Under the pieces are notes generated by a model. The model worked only from the letters and a program-made list of their open reading frames with translations, was not told the origin of the DNA and did not search any database. From NCBI GenBank assembly GCA_903884375.1, contig CAISER010000006.1:1080-65079 (forward strand): a stretch of 64,000 bases of DNA, read 5' to 3'. This document shows positions 10,404 to 19,189 of this stretch, one piece after another (position 1 is the stretch's first letter; each line of letters begins with the position of its first letter). This DNA comes from Candidatus Collierbacteria bacterium. GTDB lineage: Bacteria; Patescibacteriota; Microgenomatia; UBA1400; MFAQ01. The position numbers were made by a program, and so were the translations under genes.

Positions 10404-10994
10404 TTATTTATATTCCCAAAACTGTTGAGATTTTTGCATTGAGGTGAGACAGATATCTACAAGAATATCAAGCTTTATATTCAAACCGTCTTCTCTTTCA
10501 CAAAGAATCACTTCATCACGGCGAGTACCTGCAGCAAAACGTGGTTCTTTCAAAAATCTTTTTATGATTGACGATTGTTTGACATCAGCCAGTTTGCGAC
10601 TGGGATAAACATAAGCCGTGGCCATGATAAGACCGGTGAGTGAGTCGGCACAAAAAAGAGACCATTGAGCTTTAGAAATTGGTTTGACACCAGTTTTTTC
10701 CGGAGAATGCGCTTTGATGATATCGATTACAGTATCAGAAACTTCCAAATTATATTTAGCCAAAACCTCTCTAGTTTTGTTGGGATGTTCATCCTTCCAA
10801 GGATCTTGATAATCAATATCGTGAATCAATCCGGCCAAGAGCCAGTCTTCTTTTTGGGGTTCATTTTGAGAAAGTAGACGATTTGAGTCAAAATAATCAA
10901 AAAGACCTCCCATACAAGCTTCCAGTGCAAGAGAGTGTAAAAATATTTTTTCTTCTAATTGAATTTTTAGTATGGGAAGAAAGGTGTCATGCAT
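10404..10994 (-). CDS. HD-domain phosphohydrolase
   Basis: 196 aa; H...HD (LIHDIDY) metal-binding motif of the HD superfamily. Confidence 0.6.
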   Translation of the reverse strand: MHDTFLPILKIQLEEKIFLHSLALEACMGGLFDYFDSNRLLSQNEPQKEDWLLAGLIHDIDYQDPWKDEHPNKTREVLAKYNLEVSDTVIDIIKAHSPEKTGVKPISKAQWSLFCADSLTGLIMATAYVYPSRKLADVKQSSIIKRFLKEPRFAAGTRRDEVILCEREDGLNIKLDILVDICLTSMQKSQQFWEYK

Positions 10995-11021
10995 AACGAT
11001 ATTGTATGACGAACTTTCAGA

Positions 11022-11495
11022 TTATTTAACCAATTTGATGGCGTAAGTAATCACACCTGAAGGAGCCTCAACCTCGACAGTTTCTCCGACCTTTTTACCC
11101 ATAAGAGCTTTCCCGAGAGGAGATTCGTGACTAATTTTTTTGGCTGCCGGATCTGCTTCCCATTCTCCAACGATAGTAAATTCGTGTTTTGTGCCATTGA
11201 CTTCGATATGAACAACACTACCTAAACCGACCATTTCTTGCCCGGCTTTCTGAACGTCTACAACTACTACCCTGGCAAGGATATCTTTTAATTCTTCAAT
11301 ACGACCTTCGAGAGCAGAAAGATCATCCTTAGCGGAATGATATTCGGCATTTTCAGATAAATCTCCGTCCTCACGAGCTTTGGCAAGGCGGTCTATAGCC
11401 TCAGGTCGTTTGTTTTTTTCGAGCTGATCGAGTTCATCCACAAGTTGACGATAGCCAAGAGGTGTCATCTGAACTCTTTGATTTTGTTGGTTCAT
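11022..11495 (-). CDS. greA: Transcription elongation factor GreA
   Basis: 157 aa; N-terminal coiled coil carrying the acidic DLSENAEY tip, C-terminal FKBP-like domain. Confidence 0.9.
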   Translation of the reverse strand: MNQQNQRVQMTPLGYRQLVDELDQLEKNKRPEAIDRLAKAREDGDLSENAEYHSAKDDLSALEGRIEELKDILARVVVVDVQKAGQEMVGLGSVVHIEVNGTKHEFTIVGEWEADPAAKKISHESPLGKALMGKKVGETVEVEAPSGVITYAIKLVK

Positions 11496-11712
11496 ATTTT
11501 TTTGTTAAGAACAAAATATATTGTTTATATATTTCAGTTACAAAGTATAAATATAAGGCCTGTTTCCAATATGTCAAGCCAGGAAATATACCCTTGGCCA
11601 CAAAGGTAGGTACTGCGGAAATTATTAATAGGAAATCTGCAGACTAATACTTTCGGTTAACAGGGTGTATTTTACACTTTTGAAGCTGTCAAGTCAAATT
11701 AGGAGCGTAATT

Positions 11713-11721
11713 TGGTACAAT
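11713..11721 (+). promoter_or_regulatory. Extended -10 element TGGTACAAT upstream of tRNA-Glu
   Basis: TGn-TACAAT lies 17 nt upstream of the mature tRNA 5' end; the same TGGTAnAAT box precedes tRNA-Gln and rnpB. Confidence 0.4.
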
Positions 11722-11737
11722 ATACAGGTTCAGACAA

Positions 11738-11811
11738 GGTCCCGTCGTCTAGTGGTCTAGGACATTTGGTTCTCATCCAAAAGATCGCGGGTTCGACTCC
11801 CGCCGGGATCA
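11738..11811 (+). tRNA. tRNA-Glu, anticodon CUC
   Basis: Manual cloverleaf: acceptor GGTCCCG/CGGGATC (one G-U pair), anticodon stem TTTGG/CCAAA, loop TTCTCAT, T-arm GCGGGTTCGACTCCCGC; CCA not encoded. Confidence 0.85.
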
Positions 11812-11820
11812 CAAATGAAA

Positions 11821-11849
11821 GGAGTTGGCTTGTCCAACTCTTTTTATTT
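11821..11849 (+). terminator. Rho-independent terminator after tRNA-Glu
   Basis: Hairpin GGAGTTGG-cttgt-CCAACTC followed by TTTTTATTT. Confidence 0.6.
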
Positions 11850-11941
11850 GTCAAACGCAGGGAGGCGAAAGACGGAGACAAGCTCGTAACGATCTTGTCG
11901 AGCCCGGTTCGAAGAAATTTTCAGCAGAAAATTATCTGAGA

Positions 11942-11959
11942 GACTCCCGCCGGGATCAC
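11942..11959 (+). repeat. 18-bp exact duplicate of the tRNA-Glu 3' end (GACTCCCGCCGGGATCAC), 147 bp downstream of the original
   Basis: Identical 18-mer at 11795-11812 (inside the tRNA) and at 11942-11959; att-site-like scar. Confidence 0.7.
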
Positions 11960-12043
11960 CTTAAAGAAGTTTCGCCCAGATTTCTGGGATATTGGCTTAA
12001 TGTACCCAATTATTAAAATGACCCTCTTTCGAGGGTCAAGAAT

Positions 12044-12235
12044 CTAATTACCGTCGTCGACTTTGCCAGTCCCGTAGCACCAGCCACAAGTTCCTTCTTT
12101 ACCCTTGCCTTTACATCTTGGGCAGGTAATCCAATTGCCAGTATTAATATCCATTACCTGGCCTCGGCCATTACACCATCCGCAGTCGCCATTATGTCCC
12201 GATCCGTTACACTTAGGGCATTCAATAATCGGCAT
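12044..12235 (-). CDS. Stand-alone DnaJ-type zinc-finger (CR-domain) mini-protein
   Basis: 63 aa containing four CxxCxGxG repeats (CPKCNGSG, CGWCNGRG, CPRCKGKG, CGWCYGTG), the pattern of the DnaJ cysteine-rich domain. Confidence 0.6.
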   Translation of the reverse strand: MPIIECPKCNGSGHNGDCGWCNGRGQVMDINTGNWITCPRCKGKGKEGTCGWCYGTGKVDDGN

Positions 12236-12267
12236 CTCAAACCTCCTTAAATTAGAATGGATTGATT

Positions 12268-12915
12268 CTACAACACATTACTCCAATAATCTATTAGAAA
12301 TTCTGTAAAATTGTGCATTTCATCCTGGAACTCTTTCAATTTTGAATTTCTCTCTGAATGGGAAAGAGTTGACTGATAGACTGAACCATGGCTTTGTAGT
12401 CTTAGAGATGCCCCAGAATAGTTAACGTATATTTGGTTTTCGTAAGAAACTGATTGGTTGATACCATAGAATTTTGAGAGAAGAGTTATTATATCTCTGG
12501 CAATATCTAATGTTGGCTTTTGATACTTTACCTCAGCCTCAAGTCTTTTTTGGGATAATTCATCTGTCTTTGAATCATGTGGATCGGATTGCATAAGTTT
12601 ACTGGTCAAGTTTTTTAGGTGTTCTTTAGCTTCCAAATACTTTTCATCTTCTACAGGCTTAATATCTACCCACGGGAAAGAGTTTCCCCACGATTCGTGA
12701 CCTTCGCAAGATTGAGACGTGTTTAACCCTATCAAGTTAAGAATGACAACTGTTTCGAGGATTCCAGTATCTATTGGCTGACCTAAAGTATCAGTACTCT
12801 TTGAAAACTGTTCTCGTGCTTTATCGAATTGATTTTTTTTATCGTTTGACATATCAGGGTATATATTCATTACTTTTGAGTCTAATATAACTTTATCATT
12901 TATCCTGCTCATCAT
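12268..12915 (-). CDS. Hypothetical protein
   Basis: 215-aa ORF, co-directional and closely spaced with the CR mini-protein; no recognisable motifs. Confidence 0.4.
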   Translation of the reverse strand: MMSRINDKVILDSKVMNIYPDMSNDKKNQFDKAREQFSKSTDTLGQPIDTGILETVVILNLIGLNTSQSCEGHESWGNSFPWVDIKPVEDEKYLEAKEHLKNLTSKLMQSDPHDSKTDELSQKRLEAEVKYQKPTLDIARDIITLLSKFYGINQSVSYENQIYVNYSGASLRLQSHGSVYQSTLSHSERNSKLKEFQDEMHNFTEFLIDYWSNVL

Positions 12916-12966
12916 ATCATCATTTTTATAGTAATTGTGCCTGGGTCCGAACTTCGTTATAACACC

Positions 12967-14046
12967 TCACAGAATAATATTACTGATCTTATGTGAAGGG
13001 TTTGATCTGAGCCAATCGAGTGTTTGTTTGATGCAAGAATCAACTTCAAGTGGTTTGTCTTTTTTGGCAAAAGTACCGCCTGATGCCCTATCATGTCCCC
13101 CTCCAATTCCCATTTTTTCCATTAATATCCGAACATTGACACTACCAGGTAACGAACGACAAGAAATATTGACATCACCATTTTGATTTGGAGTAAAAAC
13201 AAAACCCCATGAATAATTTTCGATTTTACGAATATATTGAGCAGAGTAAAGGTAACTTGCTTCAACTATTTCTGATGTCTGTAACTTGTTTGCTTTGATA
13301 AAACTTCTTTTTATATATGAGTACTGGAAATCAGGCCAACCGGGGGTTGAAACATATTCGTTGTTTTTGATGAGTTCTTTGACAGTCTCGAACACCTTTT
13401 TTGAAATTGATTGATATTTGGAAAGAAACCCTTGAATCTCTTCTTGGCTAATATCAATTAGTTTTTTGACGATTAACAAAATATCCGACTGACTTGGTTT
13501 TAGATAAGTGAAATTTCCCGTATCTCCGAGTATCCCTAATAAAAATATATCCGCTAGAGATTTATCTATTAAATAATCGGTAAAAAAACTGCGATAAACA
13601 ATCTCAACACAGGATGAACACTGATGAACCATTAAACTTAGAGAAAAAGTGTCGGATTGTGAGGCGTGGTGATCAATGCAAATTGTCTTTTTAATCTTTC
13701 CTAGGATTTCCGGTTTGTGAGAAAAACGAGAAAATTTATTACCATCAAGCATGATTAATAATTCAGCGTTATCTACGAAATCAGCAATATCCGAAACAAA
13801 CTCAACATGATTAAAATGTTTAAAATCTTTGTATCTTGAATCTGGTTCTCCCGAAAAAAGAATTCGAGTGTTTTTTCCTTGATATTTTTGACTTATTATT
13901 TCATAAACTGAAAGTGCTGAGGCTAATGAATCGTCATCAAAAAATTCATGACCGGTGATAATAATATTTGATGATTTTTCAACAATTTCAAAAAAAACAT
14001 CTGTAAATTTCGGAGAAATATTTTTGAATTCCACAACCAGTATCAT
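12967..14046 (-). CDS. nrnA: DHH-family phosphoesterase, NrnA-like nanoRNase/pAp phosphatase
   Basis: 359 aa; DHH N-motifs (ITGHEFFDDDSLAS, IDHH) and DHHA1 GGGH motif (GIGGGHDRASGG). Confidence 0.7.
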   Translation of the reverse strand: MILVVEFKNISPKFTDVFFEIVEKSSNIIITGHEFFDDDSLASALSVYEIISQKYQGKNTRILFSGEPDSRYKDFKHFNHVEFVSDIADFVDNAELLIMLDGNKFSRFSHKPEILGKIKKTICIDHHASQSDTFSLSLMVHQCSSCVEIVYRSFFTDYLIDKSLADIFLLGILGDTGNFTYLKPSQSDILLIVKKLIDISQEEIQGFLSKYQSISKKVFETVKELIKNNEYVSTPGWPDFQYSYIKRSFIKANKLQTSEIVEASYLYSAQYIRKIENYSWGFVFTPNQNGDVNISCRSLPGSVNVRILMEKMGIGGGHDRASGGTFAKKDKPLEVDSCIKQTLDWLRSNPSHKISNIIL

Positions 14047-14052
14047 AACATT

Positions 14053-14080
14053 AAAAAACCCGCTGAATGGCGGGTTTTTA
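14053..14080. terminator. Bidirectional intrinsic terminator hairpin
   Basis: AAAAACCCGC-tgaatg-GCGGGTTTTTA; A-run and T-run flank a 6-bp GC-rich stem, immediately after the stop of the 14083-14829 gene. Confidence 0.6.
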
Positions 14081-14082
14081 CT

Positions 14083-14829
14083 TTATGGAAGAATTAATAC
14101 TTTTGTTCCTATTGGCGCCCAGTCGTAAAGCCATTTAGCTTCTTCAGTTTTCATATTGATGCAACCATGACTCATGGGTTGGCCGAAATTACTATGCCAG
14201 TAGGTACCATGGAAGCTATATCCTTGATAAAAATACATTGTCCAGGGAACATTTGGTAAATCATAACCTGGACCGATCATGCGAGTTGAATCATATTTTG
14301 TTTGGATAACATAGTTTCCCAGAACAGTTGGCGTATTAGGGAGGCCAGTTGAAACAATAAATTCTTTTTGCAGCAGACCTTCTTCGAAAGCATATGCCGT
14401 TTGCTGTGAAAGAATAACAACGATTTGTTTCCCTTCTTTTATGATTCTGGATGGGGTCTCATTTTCCAGGGGAATTTGTAGATATTGCCCAGGAAAAATC
14501 AGATTGGGATCGTCAAAGAAATTGTTGAGAATGATACTGGCTATCGGAATTTGATATGTGGATGCAATTTTGGATAGAGTATCTCCTTCTTTGACTAGAT
14601 AATCTCTAGGTAGCGGAGTTGGTGTGGGGGTTTTAGTTGGCGTGGAAATAAACGTTGACGTTGGCGGCGGAGATGGGGTGAGAGTTGGTTGGGATGTTTT
14701 TAAATACGCTACCGATGCTGGTGTTATATTTTCTTTTGCGGACAAATTAAAATTAATACCACATGAAGATAAACAAAATATAATTGATACAACACAACTT
14801 ATTAAATGCAATTGTATTTTGTTGAACAA
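14083..14829 (-). CDS. L,D-transpeptidase (YkuD family) with an N-terminal LysM domain
   Basis: Signal peptide, PT-rich linker, LysM (DYLVKEGDTLSKIAS), catalytic SHGCINM motif. Confidence 0.8.
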   Translation of the reverse strand: MFNKIQLHLISCVVSIIFCLSSCGINFNLSAKENITPASVAYLKTSQPTLTPSPPPTSTFISTPTKTPTPTPLPRDYLVKEGDTLSKIASTYQIPIASIILNNFFDDPNLIFPGQYLQIPLENETPSRIIKEGKQIVVILSQQTAYAFEEGLLQKEFIVSTGLPNTPTVLGNYVIQTKYDSTRMIGPGYDLPNVPWTMYFYQGYSFHGTYWHSNFGQPMSHGCINMKTEEAKWLYDWAPIGTKVLILP

Positions 14830-14990
14830 AGTACCTCCTTTTTTAAAGAACTACTTGATTGATTGGCATTCTATCTCAATGTTTCTAAATAAACAACAAA
14901 TTTGCATTAACAATAATAATTAGATATACTGAAATTCCAGGTGAAGAAAAATAATGACCTGGTTTTTAATTTGAGAAATTGTTATAAAGA

Positions 14991-16094
14991 GTGTATTTTG
15001 TCCTTATGAAAGAGGGCATTTTTTTTGGAATAGCAGAAGAGATAGAAAAACAAGATAAAGAAATTTCCATTGAAAGATCTCATATGGGAGTGAGAAATTC
15101 GGAAGTATACCAACCATGGATGGGTGCATGTTCATTGCTTTCGGTAATGGAGGTAAATCTTGAAGGTGAAAACAACAAAAATATATCTGTTATATCGTCT
15201 CCTGAAGCAGAAGCGGTAAGTGGAGCAGGGTGTTTTATTCCAGATTTTAAGGAAAATTCATTGAAGTTTGTGTTACCAAGATTTCATTTGGGAGTACCAG
15301 CGCAGATGGATATGGAAATGGCAGTCTATCAACTTTCACATACAAGAATCATAAGAAACGCCATTAAAGAAGCGGCTGCAAACGATAGCGGAATTGTATA
15401 TTTTGCGCGAGAAGGACATCTAACCCAGATGCAAAAAGCGATTTATTTGACAACAAGGGAAAATTTACCAACCACGATGGTTAGTATTAGCCACAAAGTT
15501 GCAGACAATGTCTATACCAGAGAGGCATTTTTTGCGTCTGAGCCAAATTTAGAAGGCTTCTCTAAAAAATTGCACACACTTTTTTTGTGCGATCCTGTCG
15601 CATCTGGAATGCAACATACGGCAATGATTGAAAAACTTGAAGAAATGGGGAGATTGCCTGAGAAAATCGTTGTCATCGCCCCAATGGCAACAAAATTTGG
15701 TTTACGTGTGATTGAAAAAACATGTAAAGAAAAAGGAGTAGAGTTTGAAGCCGGAGTAGCGGGGGTATTACTGGATACCCAACCGCCACTACGATATTAC
15801 TCACCATATCCCAAAAAAGAAATTCAAGCAGCTGATCCGGAGTTGTTTTCGATTGTCCGAGGGCTTTTTGGAGATAAATTATCACAAGCTTGTATCCGTT
15901 GTAACTGGACAGGAACTTTTTGGGGTGGAGATAATTTCCCAATGGAAGCTTCAAGTGATGAATTAGAAAGTTTAGGGCTTTCTAATGAGGAACTCTTAGA
16001 TATTTGTTCAAACTTAACCGAACAGAAGGCGATTGATATGGGGATGGTGGATAAATTAATACCTTTCTCCACAAAATTGCTTCTAAAGAGATGA
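14991..16094 (+). CDS. Hypothetical protein with a C-terminal uracil-phosphoribosyltransferase-like (type I PRTase) domain
   Basis: 367 aa; LFLCDPVASGMQHTAMIEKL resembles the PRPP-binding loop of UPRTases (LLDPMLATGGS); the first roughly 130 aa are not recognised. Confidence 0.35.
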   Translation: MYFVLMKEGIFFGIAEEIEKQDKEISIERSHMGVRNSEVYQPWMGACSLLSVMEVNLEGENNKNISVISSPEAEAVSGAGCFIPDFKENSLKFVLPRFHLGVPAQMDMEMAVYQLSHTRIIRNAIKEAAANDSGIVYFAREGHLTQMQKAIYLTTRENLPTTMVSISHKVADNVYTREAFFASEPNLEGFSKKLHTLFLCDPVASGMQHTAMIEKLEEMGRLPEKIVVIAPMATKFGLRVIEKTCKEKGVEFEAGVAGVLLDTQPPLRYYSPYPKKEIQAADPELFSIVRGLFGDKLSQACIRCNWTGTFWGGDNFPMEASSDELESLGLSNEELLDICSNLTEQKAIDMGMVDKLIPFSTKLLLKR

Positions 16095-16117
16095 TTTTGA
16101 TAGGTTAAAATAGTGAT

Positions 16118-16864
16118 GTGAATAAAAGTATAAATTTTATTACGCTTGAAGGAAGAAATATGGTGCATGATGCGCTTTTGTCTGAGCAGAAAATTGCTTC
16201 TTTGATTCTTTCGACAGCGACAATTAGCGAACCGAGGATAAGAGAAATAGAAAACTTAGCTAGAAAAAATGGTGTCCCAATCCAAAAGGTTAGCCCTGAT
16301 GAATTGGAAAAGATGTGTGATAGTAGAAACCCTCAAGGAGTGGCAGCACTAATGAACCTCCCCGAAGTACCGACACTGGAGCAATTATTGAAAAATAAAA
16401 GAGATGCATTTTTGTTGTTGGTTAATCATATTGACTATGAGCAAAATTTGGGGGCAATCTTGCGAACTGCTTGGGCTGCGGGGGTGGATGCAGTTGTTGC
16501 ATCTCCAAATGGTGTTTGTGAAATAACGCCAGTGGTCGCTAAGGTATCAATGGGGGGTGCTGCATATGTACCACTTTTAAAAATGAGTATGTTTCAAGCA
16601 GTAAAATTACTTCATGAATATGCTGTTCCTGTGGTAGGTGTGGAAGTGGAAATGGGAAAATCATTTAATAATACAAAACTAACTGGTCCAATTGCATTTG
16701 TAATGGGAGGAGAGTCTGTTGGGTTGTCTGAACCTTTACAAAAAGAGTGTGACTTGTTCGTTAATATTCCTATGAATAAAACGGTGGCATCTTTGAATGT
16801 GAGCGTAGCAACAGCCTTGGTGTTGTTTGAAAAATTACGACAAGAAAACGGAGGTGAAATCTGA
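16118..16864 (+). CDS. TrmH/SpoU-family RNA 2'-O-methyltransferase (RlmB-like)
   Basis: 248 aa; N-terminal L7Ae-like substrate domain plus SPOUT knot motifs (NLGAILRTAWAAGVDAV, VMGGESVGL). Confidence 0.75.
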   Translation: MNKSINFITLEGRNMVHDALLSEQKIASLILSTATISEPRIREIENLARKNGVPIQKVSPDELEKMCDSRNPQGVAALMNLPEVPTLEQLLKNKRDAFLLLVNHIDYEQNLGAILRTAWAAGVDAVVASPNGVCEITPVVAKVSMGGAAYVPLLKMSMFQAVKLLHEYAVPVVGVEVEMGKSFNNTKLTGPIAFVMGGESVGLSEPLQKECDLFVNIPMNKTVASLNVSVATALVLFEKLRQENGGEI

Positions 16865-17166
16865 TGGCGACAAAGTATTTGGAAATTTTTAATGAAATGG
16901 TATCTAAATATGAAAAAGAATTTGATACATTTCAAGAACTACACGATAAATATGAGAAGGAGCCACAAAAATGGCAAGAAGAATTTAATCGTGAAGGAGC
17001 CAAAATAATGGAAATAGTATATGAATATGAAAATAGGCTTTGTGGACATATGGAAAATACCAATAATGCTACCTATTCAGCAAAATTAGCAGAAAAATTT
17101 CGAAATGAGATTAAAAAATATCTTCCTAAGCTAGATATGATTGGAGTAATTATTTGTAAAGGATAA
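16864..17166 (+). CDS. Hypothetical protein
   Basis: 100-aa charged, helical ORF; ATGA overlap with the upstream methyltransferase stop. Confidence 0.35.
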   Translation: MATKYLEIFNEMVSKYEKEFDTFQELHDKYEKEPQKWQEEFNREGAKIMEIVYEYENRLCGHMENTNNATYSAKLAEKFRNEIKKYLPKLDMIGVIICKG

Positions 17167-17168
17167 TC

Positions 17169-17561
17169 TTATTGGATACCACAATCGGATTTTATTTTTT
17201 CAATCAATATTGAACAAAACTGGTCACTGGCAGCTTTTTTGATTTGAATGATTTGATCGTTTGCTAAATCAGCGGCTTTTTTTGTGACTTCGTCGGTTAT
17301 TTGTTTTAGAGGAGAGTCAACCGTGTAATCAGTGTAAGTACCCATTACTTGAGGAGTGGGTAGTTTAATTTTATCCGGGAGAATATTATTGGCTGTTTGT
17401 ACAGCCGGAACGACAACAGAATTTTGAAAGGTTGGATTTTTAATATAATAGTCAACTGGTTTGGATATTTGAGGAAACATTTTATACAAACCAAATAATG
17501 CGAACATAATTAATAGTATTCGAACAAATATATTATTCATATTCTTTACAAATTTTAGCAA
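17169..17561 (-). CDS. Hypothetical membrane-anchored protein
   Basis: 130 aa with an N-terminal TM helix. Confidence 0.35.
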   Translation of the reverse strand: MLKFVKNMNNIFVRILLIMFALFGLYKMFPQISKPVDYYIKNPTFQNSVVVPAVQTANNILPDKIKLPTPQVMGTYTDYTVDSPLKQITDEVTKKAADLANDQIIQIKKAASDQFCSILIEKIKSDCGIQ

Positions 17562-18420
17562 TTGTATTTAATATTAACGATGATTCGTCTCCATTAAGAA
17601 CATCATTTACATCTTGATTTAAAATAGCATTTTTTAGTCTTGAACAGGTGACTATTCCCCTGTTCAAGAGAATACTAATTTTTTCCCTCGAAATGTTTTG
17701 TAATTGTGTGATTGGGTGAAGTTTTGAAGCAACTATTAAATCTTGGAGACCTTGGCCTTCCGGTTCAGTCCAAGTGGTGACTTTGAGATTAACACAGTGG
17801 CAATAAGTAATAACTTCGGAGGTAACTTTGGTGTTGGTAATTAACCATGGAAAATTATTATTATTACCATTTTGTCTCTGGACTGTATCGACATCTAGAA
17901 ATCTAGCATAACTATAAAGAGCAACTTGAATATCTGTTTTATATCCAGGAGTATTGTGATATTTGCATTCGATAAAATATTTATCCGCTCCTTTTTGAGC
18001 GATTACATCAATTTCGTGTGTGACACATTTTCCTTGTGTAATCACGCCAACTTTTGTTTTGAAGTTTCCAGACTTTAGAATGTCGGAAACAAGAATTTCA
18101 AAGGCAAAGCCTGACGGCCCCATATCCATAACCGCTCTCTTTAAACTATAGTTATAATAATTTTCTGCGGGAGCATTTTTTTGAAGATAAGTGGAAACGT
18201 GATCGTAGATTGAGCTGGTAGTCATGCCCGAACGAAGATGACTTTTGAGATAATCGACTGTTTGGGTGGTTATGGCTTTTGACAACCCAGATCCAGCAAG
18301 AGATTTGTTAATTTTTTCTTCACTAAAGGGTTCTTCGATACCCGAAGCTTTGACTATTGCTATGGGGTTTAGATTTTGCATCTCACTTAATAATAGCATT
18401 AGCCATAAATGTTGGTACAA
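17533..18420 (-). CDS. ATP-cone domain fused to an Mrr-like restriction endonuclease fold
   Basis: ATP-cone (IAIVKASGIEEPFSEEKINKSL) followed by PD-(D/E)xK-like motifs (EIDVIAQ...FIECKYH); the true start is probably an internal Met (MQNLNP). Confidence 0.55.
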   Translation of the reverse strand: MYQHLWLMLLLSEMQNLNPIAIVKASGIEEPFSEEKINKSLAGSGLSKAITTQTVDYLKSHLRSGMTTSSIYDHVSTYLQKNAPAENYYNYSLKRAVMDMGPSGFAFEILVSDILKSGNFKTKVGVITQGKCVTHEIDVIAQKGADKYFIECKYHNTPGYKTDIQVALYSYARFLDVDTVQRQNGNNNNFPWLITNTKVTSEVITYCHCVNLKVTTWTEPEGQGLQDLIVASKLHPITQLQNISREKISILLNRGIVTCSRLKNAILNQDVNDVLNGDESSLILNTIAKICKEYE

Positions 18421-18427
18421 TTAGGAT

Positions 18428-19180
18428 GTGGTTACTTTAGTACAAATTGTTTTTTATTGCCTTATCGGTGGGATGGCTTCCTTGGTTGGAGCAGTCTTAA
18501 TAATTAATTTAAAAAATAGAGCAGGAATTCTATCCGACAAACTTACAAGTTTTGCTGCCGGAGTACTGATAACAATTGCTGTTTTAGATTTAATTCCGGA
18601 AGCCTTTAGTTCAATGACAGACTTTAAAATTGGATCTTGGGCGGTACTATTGGGAATATTGCTTGTTTTTTTAATGGAAAAATCAGGTTTGTGGTTTCAT
18701 CATCATGATGGCACACATGGACATAGGCCTCCAATAAGTGGAATTTTTTGGGGTGATGCATTACATAATTTTATCGATGGTTTTGCTATTGGAGGAGCTT
18801 TTCTTCTTAGTAGAGAGGCTGGAATTTTGACTGCTGTGGCTGTTGGATTGCACGAACTACCAAAGGAAATGGCCGATTTTATGATTTATTTACGATCCGG
18901 GTATTCAAACGTAAAAACAATTTTTTTAAATCTTGCTTCAAGTTTGGTAGCTGTTGTAGGAGGTGTTTCTGTTTATCTTAGTAGGGGGTGGATTACAAAT
19001 TATGAAGGCTATTTATTGGCAACGACGGCAGGAATGTTTTTGTTTATCGCATTAGCAGATTTAATTCCGGAAATGCATGAAAGTATGGAGGAAGCAGACA
19101 GAAAAAATAAAATTATTTGGTTGCTGGTGTTCGTGGCTGGTTTGAGCGTGGGGATAGTTAGTAGCATCGGTTTAGGATAA
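18428..19180 (+). CDS. zupT: ZIP-family divalent metal (zinc) transporter
   Basis: 250 aa, multi-TM; His-rich loop HHHDGTHGH and the HELPKEMADF ZIP signature. Confidence 0.75.
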   Translation: MVTLVQIVFYCLIGGMASLVGAVLIINLKNRAGILSDKLTSFAAGVLITIAVLDLIPEAFSSMTDFKIGSWAVLLGILLVFLMEKSGLWFHHHDGTHGHRPPISGIFWGDALHNFIDGFAIGGAFLLSREAGILTAVAVGLHELPKEMADFMIYLRSGYSNVKTIFLNLASSLVAVVGGVSVYLSRGWITNYEGYLLATTAGMFLFIALADLIPEMHESMEEADRKNKIIWLLVFVAGLSVGIVSSIGLG

Positions 19181-19189
19181 AATTGAAAT

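Noticed and set aside
11699-12016. Three small ORFs (60-75 aa) around tRNA-Glu
   Set aside because: They overlap the tRNA, its terminator and the duplicated 3'-end fragment. No coding signal is present.
15673-16168. Two minus-strand ORFs (93 and 114 aa) overlapping the 14991-16094 and TrmH genes
   Set aside because: They are antisense to two plus-strand genes with recognisable domains and span their intergenic junction, so they are unlikely to be real.
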